Part shown: in pieces, positions 19,041-27,076 of the stretch
Layout: each line of letters opens with the position of its first letter
Numbering within the stretch: the first letter of the stretch is position 1
Assembly (NCBI GenBank): GCA_019347905.1
Contig: JAHWKJ010000001.1
Location: 1-43,237 of the forward strand
Direction: 5' to 3'
Length of the DNA stretch: 43,237 bases
Origin: Planctomycetota bacterium
GTDB lineage: Bacteria; Planctomycetota; Planctomycetia; Planctomycetales; Planctomycetaceae
Program-made: the position numbers and the translations under genes
Notes under the pieces: generated by a model
What the model was told of the DNA's origin: nothing
What the model saw: the letters and a program-made list of their open reading frames with translations, nothing else
Database searches by the model: none

Positions 19041-21238
19041 GGCTGAATCTCCGATTGACGATCATTGCCGACGGTCCGGGAGCCATTGCCTTCGGCCTTG
19101 GTCAAGAGCTCCGGCAGTTCGAATTCACGCCGTACCCGATTGGCCTCGTCGAGCGTGATGTGGTAGATGAAGATCGAATAGCCGGCTCGGGCGACCGGCT
19201 CGAACTCCAGGAAGTAGCCGTAATCGGAGCGAGAGACGCCGACGCGTCGGCCCTGCCCGTCGGGGATGGGCCAGCCGTGTCCATGGATGGTATTGATACT
19301 GGCCGCATGCCACCCGGGATGGGGGCCGGCTGGCGGTTGGGGAGCGAGTAGCGAGGGGCGGGAATCGTGGGTCCCGCTCGATCCGTCGTCCGGTCGGGGC
19401 ATCCGCGGCGGGAGTGCGTGTTCGATTCCGGCCCACTTGGGATCGACGGGACCGTAATAGGCCAGATGAAGAGGTCTGGCTTCAGGATGCTCGTCGAGCC
19501 AATCCTTCAGGAACAGGAGGTCCTGCCCCCAGTCGATGTTCGTGTGGATGAGGTGCTCGTGCCCCCGCGCCGGTCCGCCGACGAGCTCGTTGAAGTACGA
19601 CAGGCTGTGCGGGTAGAACCATAGGCTGCTGGCGATCGACCACGCCAAGGCGCCGACGGCGAGTGCATGAAACGCTCGACGCCAGGCGCGGGGCGGCTGG
19701 CGTGCCGGGCCGGCACGTCCCGGCTCTTTTGTCTGGCTCTCAACCCTCGACTCTCGACCCTCGACCCGCTGGAAAACGCGGCTGATCCAGATGAAGGCGA
19801 ACGGCAGGCAGGGCAACACGTAGCGCAGATTCTTATTGAATCCCGTCTGTGAGCTGACGAGCGCGAGGACCGCGACCGCTGGCGCGAGAAGCACCAGTTC
19901 GTCGCGCCGGGATGATCGCGAACGGCCTCCACCGGGCTGGGCGTTCGGCGTTCGGCGTTCGATGCTCGATGTTCGATGTTCGCCGTCCTCCGTGCCTTCC
20001 GCCTCATCCTCCATCTTCAATCCTCTATCCTCACCCGCGGACCTCGCACCGCCCCGGATACGCCCCGACAGCCTCCACCCCAATGCCAGCGCGAATAAGA
20101 GCCAAGTCCCCAGTGGGATCTTGATTGCCAATCCGTACAGATAGTAATACCACCAGCCGCCGAGCTTCCACTCGCCGCGCAGGTAGGATGGCAGCTTACG
20201 CTCGAAGTACTTCCGCTGCGTGTCGATGCCCCGGACGTAGTTTTCCGGGAAAGGGAGGGGTACCCCACTCAGCCAGGTTCCGCGAAAGCGGTTGCCGCTG
20301 TGCCGGCCTTCGCCGATTGTGCCGGCAAGAGATGGGCTGACGAACTCGTATTCCCCGAGCCGTTTGAACGATCCTTCGAAGCCGTAGCCGAGATTGAGGA
20401 CATACAGGGCAACGCCCAGCGTCGCCGCAAGCTGAGCGGCCTCGCCACGCACTCCCCCGCGCGCACCGCGGTCGGCTGTCCAGCGCCAGAGCAGCCATAC
20501 GAGCGGCCACAGGCCGAACAGAACCAGGAAGGTGGCCTTGGTCAACTGCACGAGGCCCAGGGCCAGTCCGGCAAGTGCGGCCGCGCGCCAGCCGGCGAAT
20601 CGCAGCCAGCGCCACAACGCATATGCGGCCAAGACGCACAGCGCCGCCCCGGCCGCATCGGTCGTCATCAGCGAACCGTGCGCAAGGATGTTCGGCGAGA
20701 AGCACCACAAAGCCAAGGCCATGAGTCCCGGCGCGGGTCCATACAGTTCTCGTGCCCATCGGAAGCAGAGGTACCCGCCCACCAGACTGAACGGGATGCA
20801 GGCCCAGCGTGCCAGCGTGATCAGCCAGAAGATCCGCGGCGCGTTGGCCTCAATGAAGTGCTGACTGACTGCAGCCTCCGCGCGGGAGCCTGGCGAGTCG
20901 CGGTAGGCTCGCCAGTCGGTTTCCGGCTGAGCGAGCAGGACCGGCACTGCGGCTGTCAAGCGCACGATCGGCGCGGTGACACGATATAGCTCAAAGCGTC
21001 CCAATTGCCAGTGGCTGATGCCGGCGACGAGTTGAGCCGGTTCGTCGGTATTCGGCGAATGCACAGCGGCGCTCCAGGCAAGGAGGGCGGCGTGGATCAG
21101 CAAGAGTGCGGCGAGGGCGAATGGGAGGAGCAAAGTAGACGAGTCGCTCCGCGACCCGAGGTCCGGTCGCGGAGCGACCGCGCTACTTTGCTGCGCCGGC
21201 GAGGCGTCGTCAGAAGTCCCTGATGACTTGTCCGTCAC
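19037..21238 (-). CDS. GT-C fold glycosyltransferase (GT39/PMT_2/ArnT-like) with repeat-derived in-frame inserts
   Basis: Track ORF 19037-21643. The N-terminal 135 codons overlap the DUF1559 gene and are Arg/Ser/Pro junk. Plausible starts are GTG 21238 or TTG 21133. First loop carries HSPNTDEPAQLVAGISHW (a GT-C DE-type motif after TM1). Many TM helices. Conserved tail YFNELVGGPARGHEHLIHTNIDWGQDL. Confidence 0.8.
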   Translation of the reverse strand: MTDKSSGTSDDASPAQQSSAVAPRPDLGSRSDSSTLLLPFALAALLLIHAALLAWSAAVHSPNTDEPAQLVAGISHWQLGRFELYRVTAPIVRLTAAVPVLLAQPETDWRAYRDSPGSRAEAAVSQHFIEANAPRIFWLITLARWACIPFSLVGGYLCFRWARELYGPAPGLMALALWCFSPNILAHGSLMTTDAAGAALCVLAAYALWRWLRFAGWRAAALAGLALGLVQLTKATFLVLFGLWPLVWLLWRWTADRGARGGVRGEAAQLAATLGVALYVLNLGYGFEGSFKRLGEYEFVSPSLAGTIGEGRHSGNRFRGTWLSGVPLPFPENYVRGIDTQRKYFERKLPSYLRGEWKLGGWWYYYLYGLAIKIPLGTWLLFALALGWRLSGRIRGGARSAGEDRGLKMEDEAEGTEDGEHRTSSIERRTPNAQPGGGRSRSSRRDELVLLAPAVAVLALVSSQTGFNKNLRYVLPCLPFAFIWISRVFQRVEGRESRVESQTKEPGRAGPARQPPRAWRRAFHALAVGALAWSIASSLWFYPHSLSYFNELVGGPARGHEHLIHTNIDWGQDLLFLKDWLDEHPEARPLHLAYYGPVDPKWAGIEHALPPRMPRPDDGSSGTHDSRPSLLAPQPPAGPHPGWHAASINTIHGHGWPIPDGQGRRVGVSRSDYGYFLEFEPVARAGYSIFIYHITLDEANRVRREFELPELLTKAEGNGSRTVGNDRQSEIQP
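19735..19767. repeat. CTCGACY heptamer tandem repeat (family D, copy 1) inside the GT-C gene
   Basis: ggctctcaaccctcgactctcgaccctcgaccc. Translated on the minus strand as VEGRESRVESQ. A related copy lies at 28815-28845. Confidence 0.75.
19941..20034. repeat. Composite simple-sequence insert inside the GT-C gene: six heptamers (GCGTTCG x3, ATGCTCG, ATGTTCG x2) plus a solo degenerate CTCCATCC-type half arm
   Basis: Heptamers at 19941-19982. cctcatcctccatcttcaatcctctatcctcac at 20002-20034, with no opposing GGATGGAG arm found nearby. Minus-strand translation is GEDRGLKMEDEAEGTEDGEHRTSSIERRTPNAQP. Confidence 0.75.
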
Positions 21239-22232
21239 GCCGGTCTCCCAGCTTCTGGTAGACGTGGTAGCTGATGTTTTCGCTGATGAAACGCACCGCT
21301 CCGTCGCACAACAGGAAATGCGCGCCGCCTGCGTGGGCCGACTTGAAGCCTTGGGCGGCATCGAGCGCCTCCCACGAAAAGCAGCCGGCAGCGGCGGGCG
21401 GCTCCCGAGTGCACGAGGGGTAGTTGATGGGAATCGTCGTCGCGAAAAACATGGTCGCGGGTTCGTACCACCCGCCATTGTGGATCCGCTGGTTGCAGCC
21501 CGCGCGGACTTCACCGAAGGCGATTGTCTGCGATGCGCCGTCCCGGATCTGGTCGAAGCGGGCCGCCCACGAATGCCGGGCGAAGACGCCCGAGATTCTC
21601 CTCGGATCGGTGCTGCCGCCGAACGACGCCGGACCATTGCCAAATGGGTTGCCGAATGGCACCCACTGGTCGCAGTCGCCGTTGCGCGACCTCATCGCCT
21701 GGGCCCCGATGGACGGCGCGTAATTCGTCATCGCCCGGTCGGCGGGGACGCCACCGGCGTTCTGATCGCTCGGACAGAGGAAGACCGGGAACGCGGTGCG
21801 GCGCAGAGCCTCGTCGGCGATGATCTGCCCGACGACATCGCCGCCGAAATCAAGCCGGTCGTAGAACGGCTTTTGGTCGAGCAGCGGCAACAGGCCCACG
21901 AGCGGCGTGCCCTTGCGGTGATGGCCCGTCTGCCACGGCCGCTGGCCCGGCACGAGGCCGTTGCCGCTGTTGACCGGGAACTGCCTCGAGCGGTCGTGAT
22001 AAGCGTAGAGCGCCACCGCAATCTGCTTGAGATGGTTGCGGCACTGGGTGCGGCGAGCCGCTTCGCGGGCCTGCTGGACGGCCGGCAGGATCAGCGCCGT
22101 CAGCACCGCGATCACGGAGACGACAGCCAGAAGCTCGATCACGGTGAAGCCGCGACGCCAACCGCACCGCAGCCGGCGCAGTCCTCTCCCGCACTGCGAC
22201 ACGCTAACGCGGTCGAACGCAGAGATGGACAT
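21210..22232 (-). CDS. DUF1559 family protein with a prepilin-type N-terminal cleavage/methylation signal (H-X9-DG protein)
   Basis: Internal ATG 22232 of track ORF 21210-22379. RRGFTVIELLAVVSVIAVLTALILPAVQQAREAARRTQCRNHLKQI is the class III signal plus DUF1559 start. C-terminal HAGGAHFLLCDGAVRFISENI is the H-X9-DG motif. Confidence 0.9.
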   Translation of the reverse strand: MSISAFDRVSVSQCGRGLRRLRCGWRRGFTVIELLAVVSVIAVLTALILPAVQQAREAARRTQCRNHLKQIAVALYAYHDRSRQFPVNSGNGLVPGQRPWQTGHHRKGTPLVGLLPLLDQKPFYDRLDFGGDVVGQIIADEALRRTAFPVFLCPSDQNAGGVPADRAMTNYAPSIGAQAMRSRNGDCDQWVPFGNPFGNGPASFGGSTDPRRISGVFARHSWAARFDQIRDGASQTIAFGEVRAGCNQRIHNGGWYEPATMFFATTIPINYPSCTREPPAAAGCFSWEALDAAQGFKSAHAGGAHFLLCDGAVRFISENISYHVYQKLGDRRDGQVIRDF

Positions 22233-22699
22233 CGATCGGTCCTCGATTCCTGCGAGCAGAACGCTTTCCGAAGAAACGGAATTCCGCAGCGCGAGGTGAC
22301 GGAAGAGAAGAGGGGAAGAGTGGACCGATCTCTTGCGTCGCCGACCATCCTGCCAGAGCCGTGTGCAAGTGTCAAGCAAGAACCGTCAAGTTCTTGCAGG
22401 AGCCGCTCCAGGACTGAAGAAATGCGGCGGTCCCGCAGGGCTGCGATCGCTCGGGATTGCTCTTCCCGCAATCGCGCCTGCGAAACCGCCGCATAGTAGA
22501 CAATCGAAATCGGAGGCCAAAAGCGGACACGGCCTCGAAAAATTTTTCTGAAAAAAGTTTGCCCGGGCGATTCGTCCCCCCGGCGAGTGTGCGACGGCGA
22601 TGATCCCGTGGCGGACACGGACTGTTTGAACGACTCCGGCGCGGCCGCATACAATTCGGTTGAGTAACAGCCGCCGTTCCGCTCGTCACAACCCCCTCG

Positions 22700-24955
22700 A
22701 TGACCACAGCCGATTCCGCCATTCGCGACGCCGTCGCACCGGGCCTCGACGACACCATGCGGCAGGGGGCGGCGGAGATCGCCGCCGCGCTGGCCCGCAG
22801 CCGGCAGGTGGCCGAGCCGCCGGCGCAGGTCGAAGGTTACACGGTGCTGGAGTGTTTGGGCGAAGGGGCCTACGGCTCGGTGTGGCTGGCGCGCGAGGAT
22901 AATACGGGGCGGCGGGTCGCGATCAAGTTCTACACGCATCGCCGCGGTTTGGACTGGTCGCTGCTCAATCGCGAGGTCGAGAAGCTGGCGGTGCTCTCGA
23001 CGTCGCGGAACATCGTGCGGCTGGTCGATGTCGGCTGGGACAGCGATCCGCCGCACTACATCATGGAGTACCTGGAGAACGGCTCGCTCGCGGGGCTGTT
23101 GTCCGAAGGACCGCTGCCGGCGCACGAGGCGGTTCGCATCGCCCGCAGTGTGCTGGCCGCTCTCGTCCACGCGCACGGCAGCGGCATCCTGCACTGCGAC
23201 CTTAAGCCGGCCAACGTGCTGCTCGATGCGAACTACGAGCCGCGGCTGGGCGACTTCGGGCAGTCGCGGCTGTCTCACGAGCAGAACCCGGCGCTCGGCA
23301 CGCTGTTTTACATGGCGCCCGAGCAGGCCGACCTGCACGCGGTGCCGGACGCCCGCTGGGACGTCTACGCGCTGGGGGCGATCCTGTACCAAATGCTCAC
23401 GGGCGAAGCGCCCGGCCGCACTCCCGAGATCGAGCAGCAGATTCACGAGGCGTCGTCGCTGCCGGAGAAGCTGGCGACTTACCGGCGCGTGTTGCGCGAA
23501 TCGCCACGGCCGGCGGGGCACTGCCGCGTTTCCGGCGTGGACCGGCGGCTGGCCGAAATTGTGGATCGCTGTCTCGAAATCGAGCCGTCGCGGCGGTTTC
23601 CCAACGCCCAGGCGGTGCTCGACGCGCTGGAGCTGCGCGACCGGCACCGCGCGCGGCGGCCGATGATCCTCCTGGGCATCGTGGGCCCGGCGCTGCTGCT
23701 CCTGGCGATGACGCCCATTGTGGCTAACGCCCTGCGCGACGCCGTCGTCTCGGCGCGGCGGAACGTGACGGACCGGGCGCTGGAGAGTGCGGCGCTGTCG
23801 GCCCGCATCCTGGCCCGCAGTCTCGAGCGCGAGCTGGAAGATCGCACCGATGAGCTCATCCGCGTCTCCGAATTGGCCGGCGCGCGCGAGGCCGTGAGGA
23901 ACTCTCGCGGCGTTCCCTGGCCGGAGCGAAAGCCACTGTTTGCGCCGCTGGAAGAGCAGAAGCTCCTCGTCGGCGAGTCCGACACGAGCTGGTTCGTCAC
24001 CGATCGGCAGGGCGTGCAGCGCTGGCGCGAGCCATACAACGTCAACACCATGGACAAGAGCTACGCCCACCGCGATTACTTCCGTGGGCTGAACCTCGAA
24101 CCCTTGCCCGCCAACGGTCCGCCGGCACCCATCGGGAATGACGAGATCACCTCCGGCCAGACGCGGGCCGGTGACGCTACGCCATCTTCGGGCGTTCCCG
24201 CACTGGCGGACAAGCCACCAGTGCCACCCGCCGCAGGCGATACGCCTAACCCACTGGCGGACAAGCCGCCAGTGCCACCCCGTCAGGAGGTCGAACCGCT
24301 GCCGTCGCACATTTCAGAAGCCTTCCGCAGCGAAGCCACGCGGCAGTTCATGGTGGCCATCTCGGTGCCCATCCGCGATGAGACCCGCGACGGCGTGCTC
24401 GGCGTGCTGGCCCGCACCACGCACCTGGAGAAGTTGCTCGAGCGTTACGAGCAGCACATTAGCGGCCGCGACGGCGACCAGGTCAGCCGCGTCATTGCGC
24501 TCGTGGACAGCCGCAACTGGGAACTGCTCGACCATCCCTGGATGACCGAAGAGAACCTGCGGACGACCGACGTCCGCGAGCAGCTTCGACTCGAACCCGC
24601 CACGATCGCGCAGCTCAAGCGTCTGGGACAGCTTGCTTCTGCGAAACAGCCACTCAATGGCTACGAACGCGCCCGCGGGTACCGCGATCCGGCGGGTCGC
24701 GTCGCCGCCGCATACAATGACGAATGGCTGGCCGCCTTCAGTCCCGTCGGCGACACCGGCTGGTTCACGGTGGTGCAGGAGCGCACGAGCGAGGCGCAGC
24801 AGCCCGTGGAAGAGATGCGAGCCGACATGATCCGCTACGGTCTCCTGGCACTCCTGGTGAGCGCCGGCTTGGTGGGCCTGTTGTGGTTTTTCGTGTCGCG
24901 GGCGCTCTCCGACCGCGAGCTGACGCACGCTCTCGCCGGCAGGGGCGGATCGTGA
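22700..24955 (+). CDS. Transmembrane Hanks-type Ser/Thr protein kinase with a periplasmic Cache-like sensor domain
   Basis: Track ORF. Kinase motifs LGEGAYGSVWLA, VAIKF, HCDLKPANVLLD, DFGQS and YMAPEQ. TM helices ILLGIVGPALLLLAMTPIV and YGLLALLVSAGLVGLLWFFV bracket a region with Cache-like SYAHRDYF ... HISEAFRSEATRQFMVAISVPI. Confidence 0.9.
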   Translation: MTTADSAIRDAVAPGLDDTMRQGAAEIAAALARSRQVAEPPAQVEGYTVLECLGEGAYGSVWLAREDNTGRRVAIKFYTHRRGLDWSLLNREVEKLAVLSTSRNIVRLVDVGWDSDPPHYIMEYLENGSLAGLLSEGPLPAHEAVRIARSVLAALVHAHGSGILHCDLKPANVLLDANYEPRLGDFGQSRLSHEQNPALGTLFYMAPEQADLHAVPDARWDVYALGAILYQMLTGEAPGRTPEIEQQIHEASSLPEKLATYRRVLRESPRPAGHCRVSGVDRRLAEIVDRCLEIEPSRRFPNAQAVLDALELRDRHRARRPMILLGIVGPALLLLAMTPIVANALRDAVVSARRNVTDRALESAALSARILARSLERELEDRTDELIRVSELAGAREAVRNSRGVPWPERKPLFAPLEEQKLLVGESDTSWFVTDRQGVQRWREPYNVNTMDKSYAHRDYFRGLNLEPLPANGPPAPIGNDEITSGQTRAGDATPSSGVPALADKPPVPPAAGDTPNPLADKPPVPPRQEVEPLPSHISEAFRSEATRQFMVAISVPIRDETRDGVLGVLARTTHLEKLLERYEQHISGRDGDQVSRVIALVDSRNWELLDHPWMTEENLRTTDVREQLRLEPATIAQLKRLGQLASAKQPLNGYERARGYRDPAGRVAAAYNDEWLAAFSPVGDTGWFTVVQERTSEAQQPVEEMRADMIRYGLLALLVSAGLVGLLWFFVSRALSDRELTHALAGRGGS
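24201..24280. repeat. Two copies of a 29-nt self-complementary unit CACTGGCGGACAAGCCRCCAGTGCCACCC, 51 nt apart, in frame in the kinase sensor domain
   Basis: Copy 1 at 24201-24229 and copy 2 at 24252-24280, with one mismatch. Each has stem CACTGGCGG / CCRCCAGTG. Translated as LADKPPVPP twice. Confidence 0.85.
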
Positions 24956-26718
24956 TCGGCCTGAAGGCGGAAGCTCCCGGCGCCCCTGCGGACTGGTCCT
25001 TTCCGCTGGAGCCGGGCCGCGAATACGTGCTTGGCCGCGACCTTGATGCCGACCTGCCGACGCCGTGGGATGGTCGCATCTCGCGGCGGCATTTGCGGCT
25101 GGCAATCGACCACGGCGAGTTGATGGTCGAACGTTTGCCCGCGGCGCTCAATCCAGTGTGCGTTGGCGGGCGGGAAGTCGAGCGCTGCCGCATCGCGCCG
25201 GGCGGACTGTTCGTGGTTGGCGAAACGGTCTTTCACGTGGTGGACGAGCGGCCGGCCTCGTCGCCGCCGCGGCCGGTGGAAGAAGTCACCTTCGACCGCC
25301 AGCGGCTGCGGAAGCTCAGGTTTCGCGACGCCGACCGGCGGATCGACGTGCTCGCGCGGCTGCCGGAAGTCATCTGGGGCGCCGGCAGCGAGGCGGAACG
25401 CAATGTCCGGCTGGTGAACCTTGTGCTGGCCGGCGTGGCACGGGCCGACGCCGCCGCCATCGTTTCACTCGACGAGCGCGGGGCGGCGCGCCTCGTGCAC
25501 TGGGAGCGCCGCCGCGAGACCGCCGGTGCCTTCCGCCCGAGCGATCGGCTTGTGGCAGATGCGTTGCGCAGGCAGCGACGTTCCGTGCTGCACGTGTGGG
25601 AGGGCGGCGAGCGGCCCAGCGATTACACCGCCAGCGCGGAATTCGACTGGGCCTTCTGTACGCCGGTGGGGCAGGCGCCGGCCGACGAGTGGGGCCTGTA
25701 CGTCGCCGGGCGGCTGGAGGAAATCGAAACGCTCGAATCGACGGCCGGCCGGGAAGTCGCTCTCGAACCTGACGTGAAATTCACGGAACTCGTGGCCGAG
25801 ATTATCAGCGCGGTCGCCCGCGTCAACACGCTGGAGCGGCGGCAGTCGGCGTTCCGGCAGTTCTTCGCCCCGCCCGTGCTCGCCGCGCTGGGAGACGACA
25901 TCGACAGCGACCTGCTGGAGCCGCGCGAGTGTGACCTGACGGTGCTGTTCTGCGACCTGCGGGGCTTCAGCGCGCACGCGGAGGAATCGGCCGGCGATCT
26001 GATCGGCCTGCTGGAGCGCGTCAGCCGCGCGCTGGAAGTCATGACGGAAAACATCCGCCGGCACCGCGGCGTGACGGGCGATTTTCAGGGCGATGCGGCA
26101 CTGGGTTTCTGGGGCTGGCCATTCTCCTCAGAGGAGGCGCCGCTCGACGCCTGCCGGGCAGCACTGGGCATTCGCCGCGCCTTCGCCGAATTCGCACGCA
26201 TCCGCAACCATCCGCTGGCCGATTTCCGCGCCGGTATCGGCATTGCGCACGGCCGCAGCGTCGCCGGAAAGATTGGCACGCGCGACCAGGTGAAGGTGAC
26301 GGTATTTGGTCCCGTGGCGAACCTCGCCAGCCGGCTGGAAAGTGCGACGCGGCAGCTTGGCGTTTCGATCCTGCTCGACGAGGCGACGGCGAAGATCGCG
26401 CGGGAGCGGCTCGACAAATCGGAGGGCCGCGTCCGTCGGCTCGCCCGCGTCATTCCGTGGGGCCTGGAGACGCCGCTGACCGTGTGCGAGCTGTTGCCGC
26501 CGGAAGACGAGTTCCCCGAACTCTCCGACGAGCACCTCGCACTGTACGAGGAAGCCGTCGAGCACTTCATTGCCGGACGCTGGGACGAAGCCTACCGCCG
26601 CCTGCACGTCTTGCCGCCTTCGGATCACGCGCAGGACTTTCTCGGAATGCAGATTCTGCGGCATCAGCGGGTCGCGCCGCCGGACTGGACGGGCGCGGTG
26701 CGTCTGCCGGGCAAATGA
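24952..26718 (+). CDS. FHA domain-containing class III adenylate/guanylate cyclase
   Basis: Track ORF 24724-26718. The likely GTG start at 24952 overlaps the kinase TGA (GTGA). FHA block: YVLGRDLDADLPTPWDGRISRRHLRL...NPVCVGGREV. Cyclase block: LTVLFCDLRGFSAHAE, GDFQGDAALGFWGWP, IGIAHGRSVAGKIG, FGPVANLASRLES. Confidence 0.85.
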   Translation: MIGLKAEAPGAPADWSFPLEPGREYVLGRDLDADLPTPWDGRISRRHLRLAIDHGELMVERLPAALNPVCVGGREVERCRIAPGGLFVVGETVFHVVDERPASSPPRPVEEVTFDRQRLRKLRFRDADRRIDVLARLPEVIWGAGSEAERNVRLVNLVLAGVARADAAAIVSLDERGAARLVHWERRRETAGAFRPSDRLVADALRRQRRSVLHVWEGGERPSDYTASAEFDWAFCTPVGQAPADEWGLYVAGRLEEIETLESTAGREVALEPDVKFTELVAEIISAVARVNTLERRQSAFRQFFAPPVLAALGDDIDSDLLEPRECDLTVLFCDLRGFSAHAEESAGDLIGLLERVSRALEVMTENIRRHRGVTGDFQGDAALGFWGWPFSSEEAPLDACRAALGIRRAFAEFARIRNHPLADFRAGIGIAHGRSVAGKIGTRDQVKVTVFGPVANLASRLESATRQLGVSILLDEATAKIARERLDKSEGRVRRLARVIPWGLETPLTVCELLPPEDEFPELSDEHLALYEEAVEHFIAGRWDEAYRRLHVLPPSDHAQDFLGMQILRHQRVAPPDWTGAVRLPGK

Positions 26719-26777
26719 CGCCTTCGGCCGCCGCGCCGCTCGATGCCGTGACCTAGACTCCCTGCGAACTCCACGCT

Positions 26778-26875
26778 GTCAGCGGTCAGCGATCAACTCT
26801 CAGCTTTACCGGTCACCCACCGACCCTCTCAATCGCTGACCGCTGACCGCTGCACGCTGAACGCTGACCGCTGCC
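26778..26875. repeat. CGCTGAC heptamer element (family E): perfect 16-nt inverted repeat plus a trailing heptamer array
   Basis: gtcagcggtcagcgat (26778-26793) and atcgctgaccgctgac (26832-26847) are exact reverse complements. cgctgcacgctgaacgctgaccgctgcc follows, up to the ATG at 26876. Confidence 0.85.
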
Positions 26876-27076
26876 ATGACTTCGACCGCTCCTCTGCTCG
26901 ACCGCGGCATGTCGAACGATGTCGAGCCGGCGCCGCGCAAACCGGCCGAGCAGCCGGTGCGGCTGACGCCGCGCGGCCGCGAAGTGTTGGAGACGCTGAA
27001 TGACTTGTTCGACGCCCAGCAGCCGCTGCCGACCGAAGTGGACAGGTTTGAGAAGGAGTCTGCCAGCCATGGTTGA
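26876..27076 (+). CDS. Hypothetical 66-aa protein, translationally coupled to the response regulator
   Basis: Track ORF. High GC3 codon pattern. Its stop overlaps the receiver gene start (ATGGTTGA, 27069-27076). No family recognised. Confidence 0.4.
   Translation: MTSTAPLLDRGMSNDVEPAPRKPAEQPVRLTPRGREVLETLNDLFDAQQPLPTEVDRFEKESASHG

Noticed and set aside
21239-21643. N-terminal 135-codon extension of the GT-C track ORF
   Set aside because: It overlaps the well-supported DUF1559 coding sequence in another frame and is Arg/Ser/Pro junk. The membrane protein begins near 21238 or 21133.
22139-24310. 723-aa ORF antisense to the Ser/Thr kinase; likewise 21228-22496 (+) antisense to the DUF1559 gene, 13763-14758 (+) antisense to the GT2 gene, 32060-34264 (+) antisense to the peroxidase gene and 41672-42616 (-) antisense to the DUF1553 gene
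   Set aside because: All are Arg/Pro/Gln/Ala-rich shadow ORFs opposite genes with strong family motifs. This is expected at this GC content.
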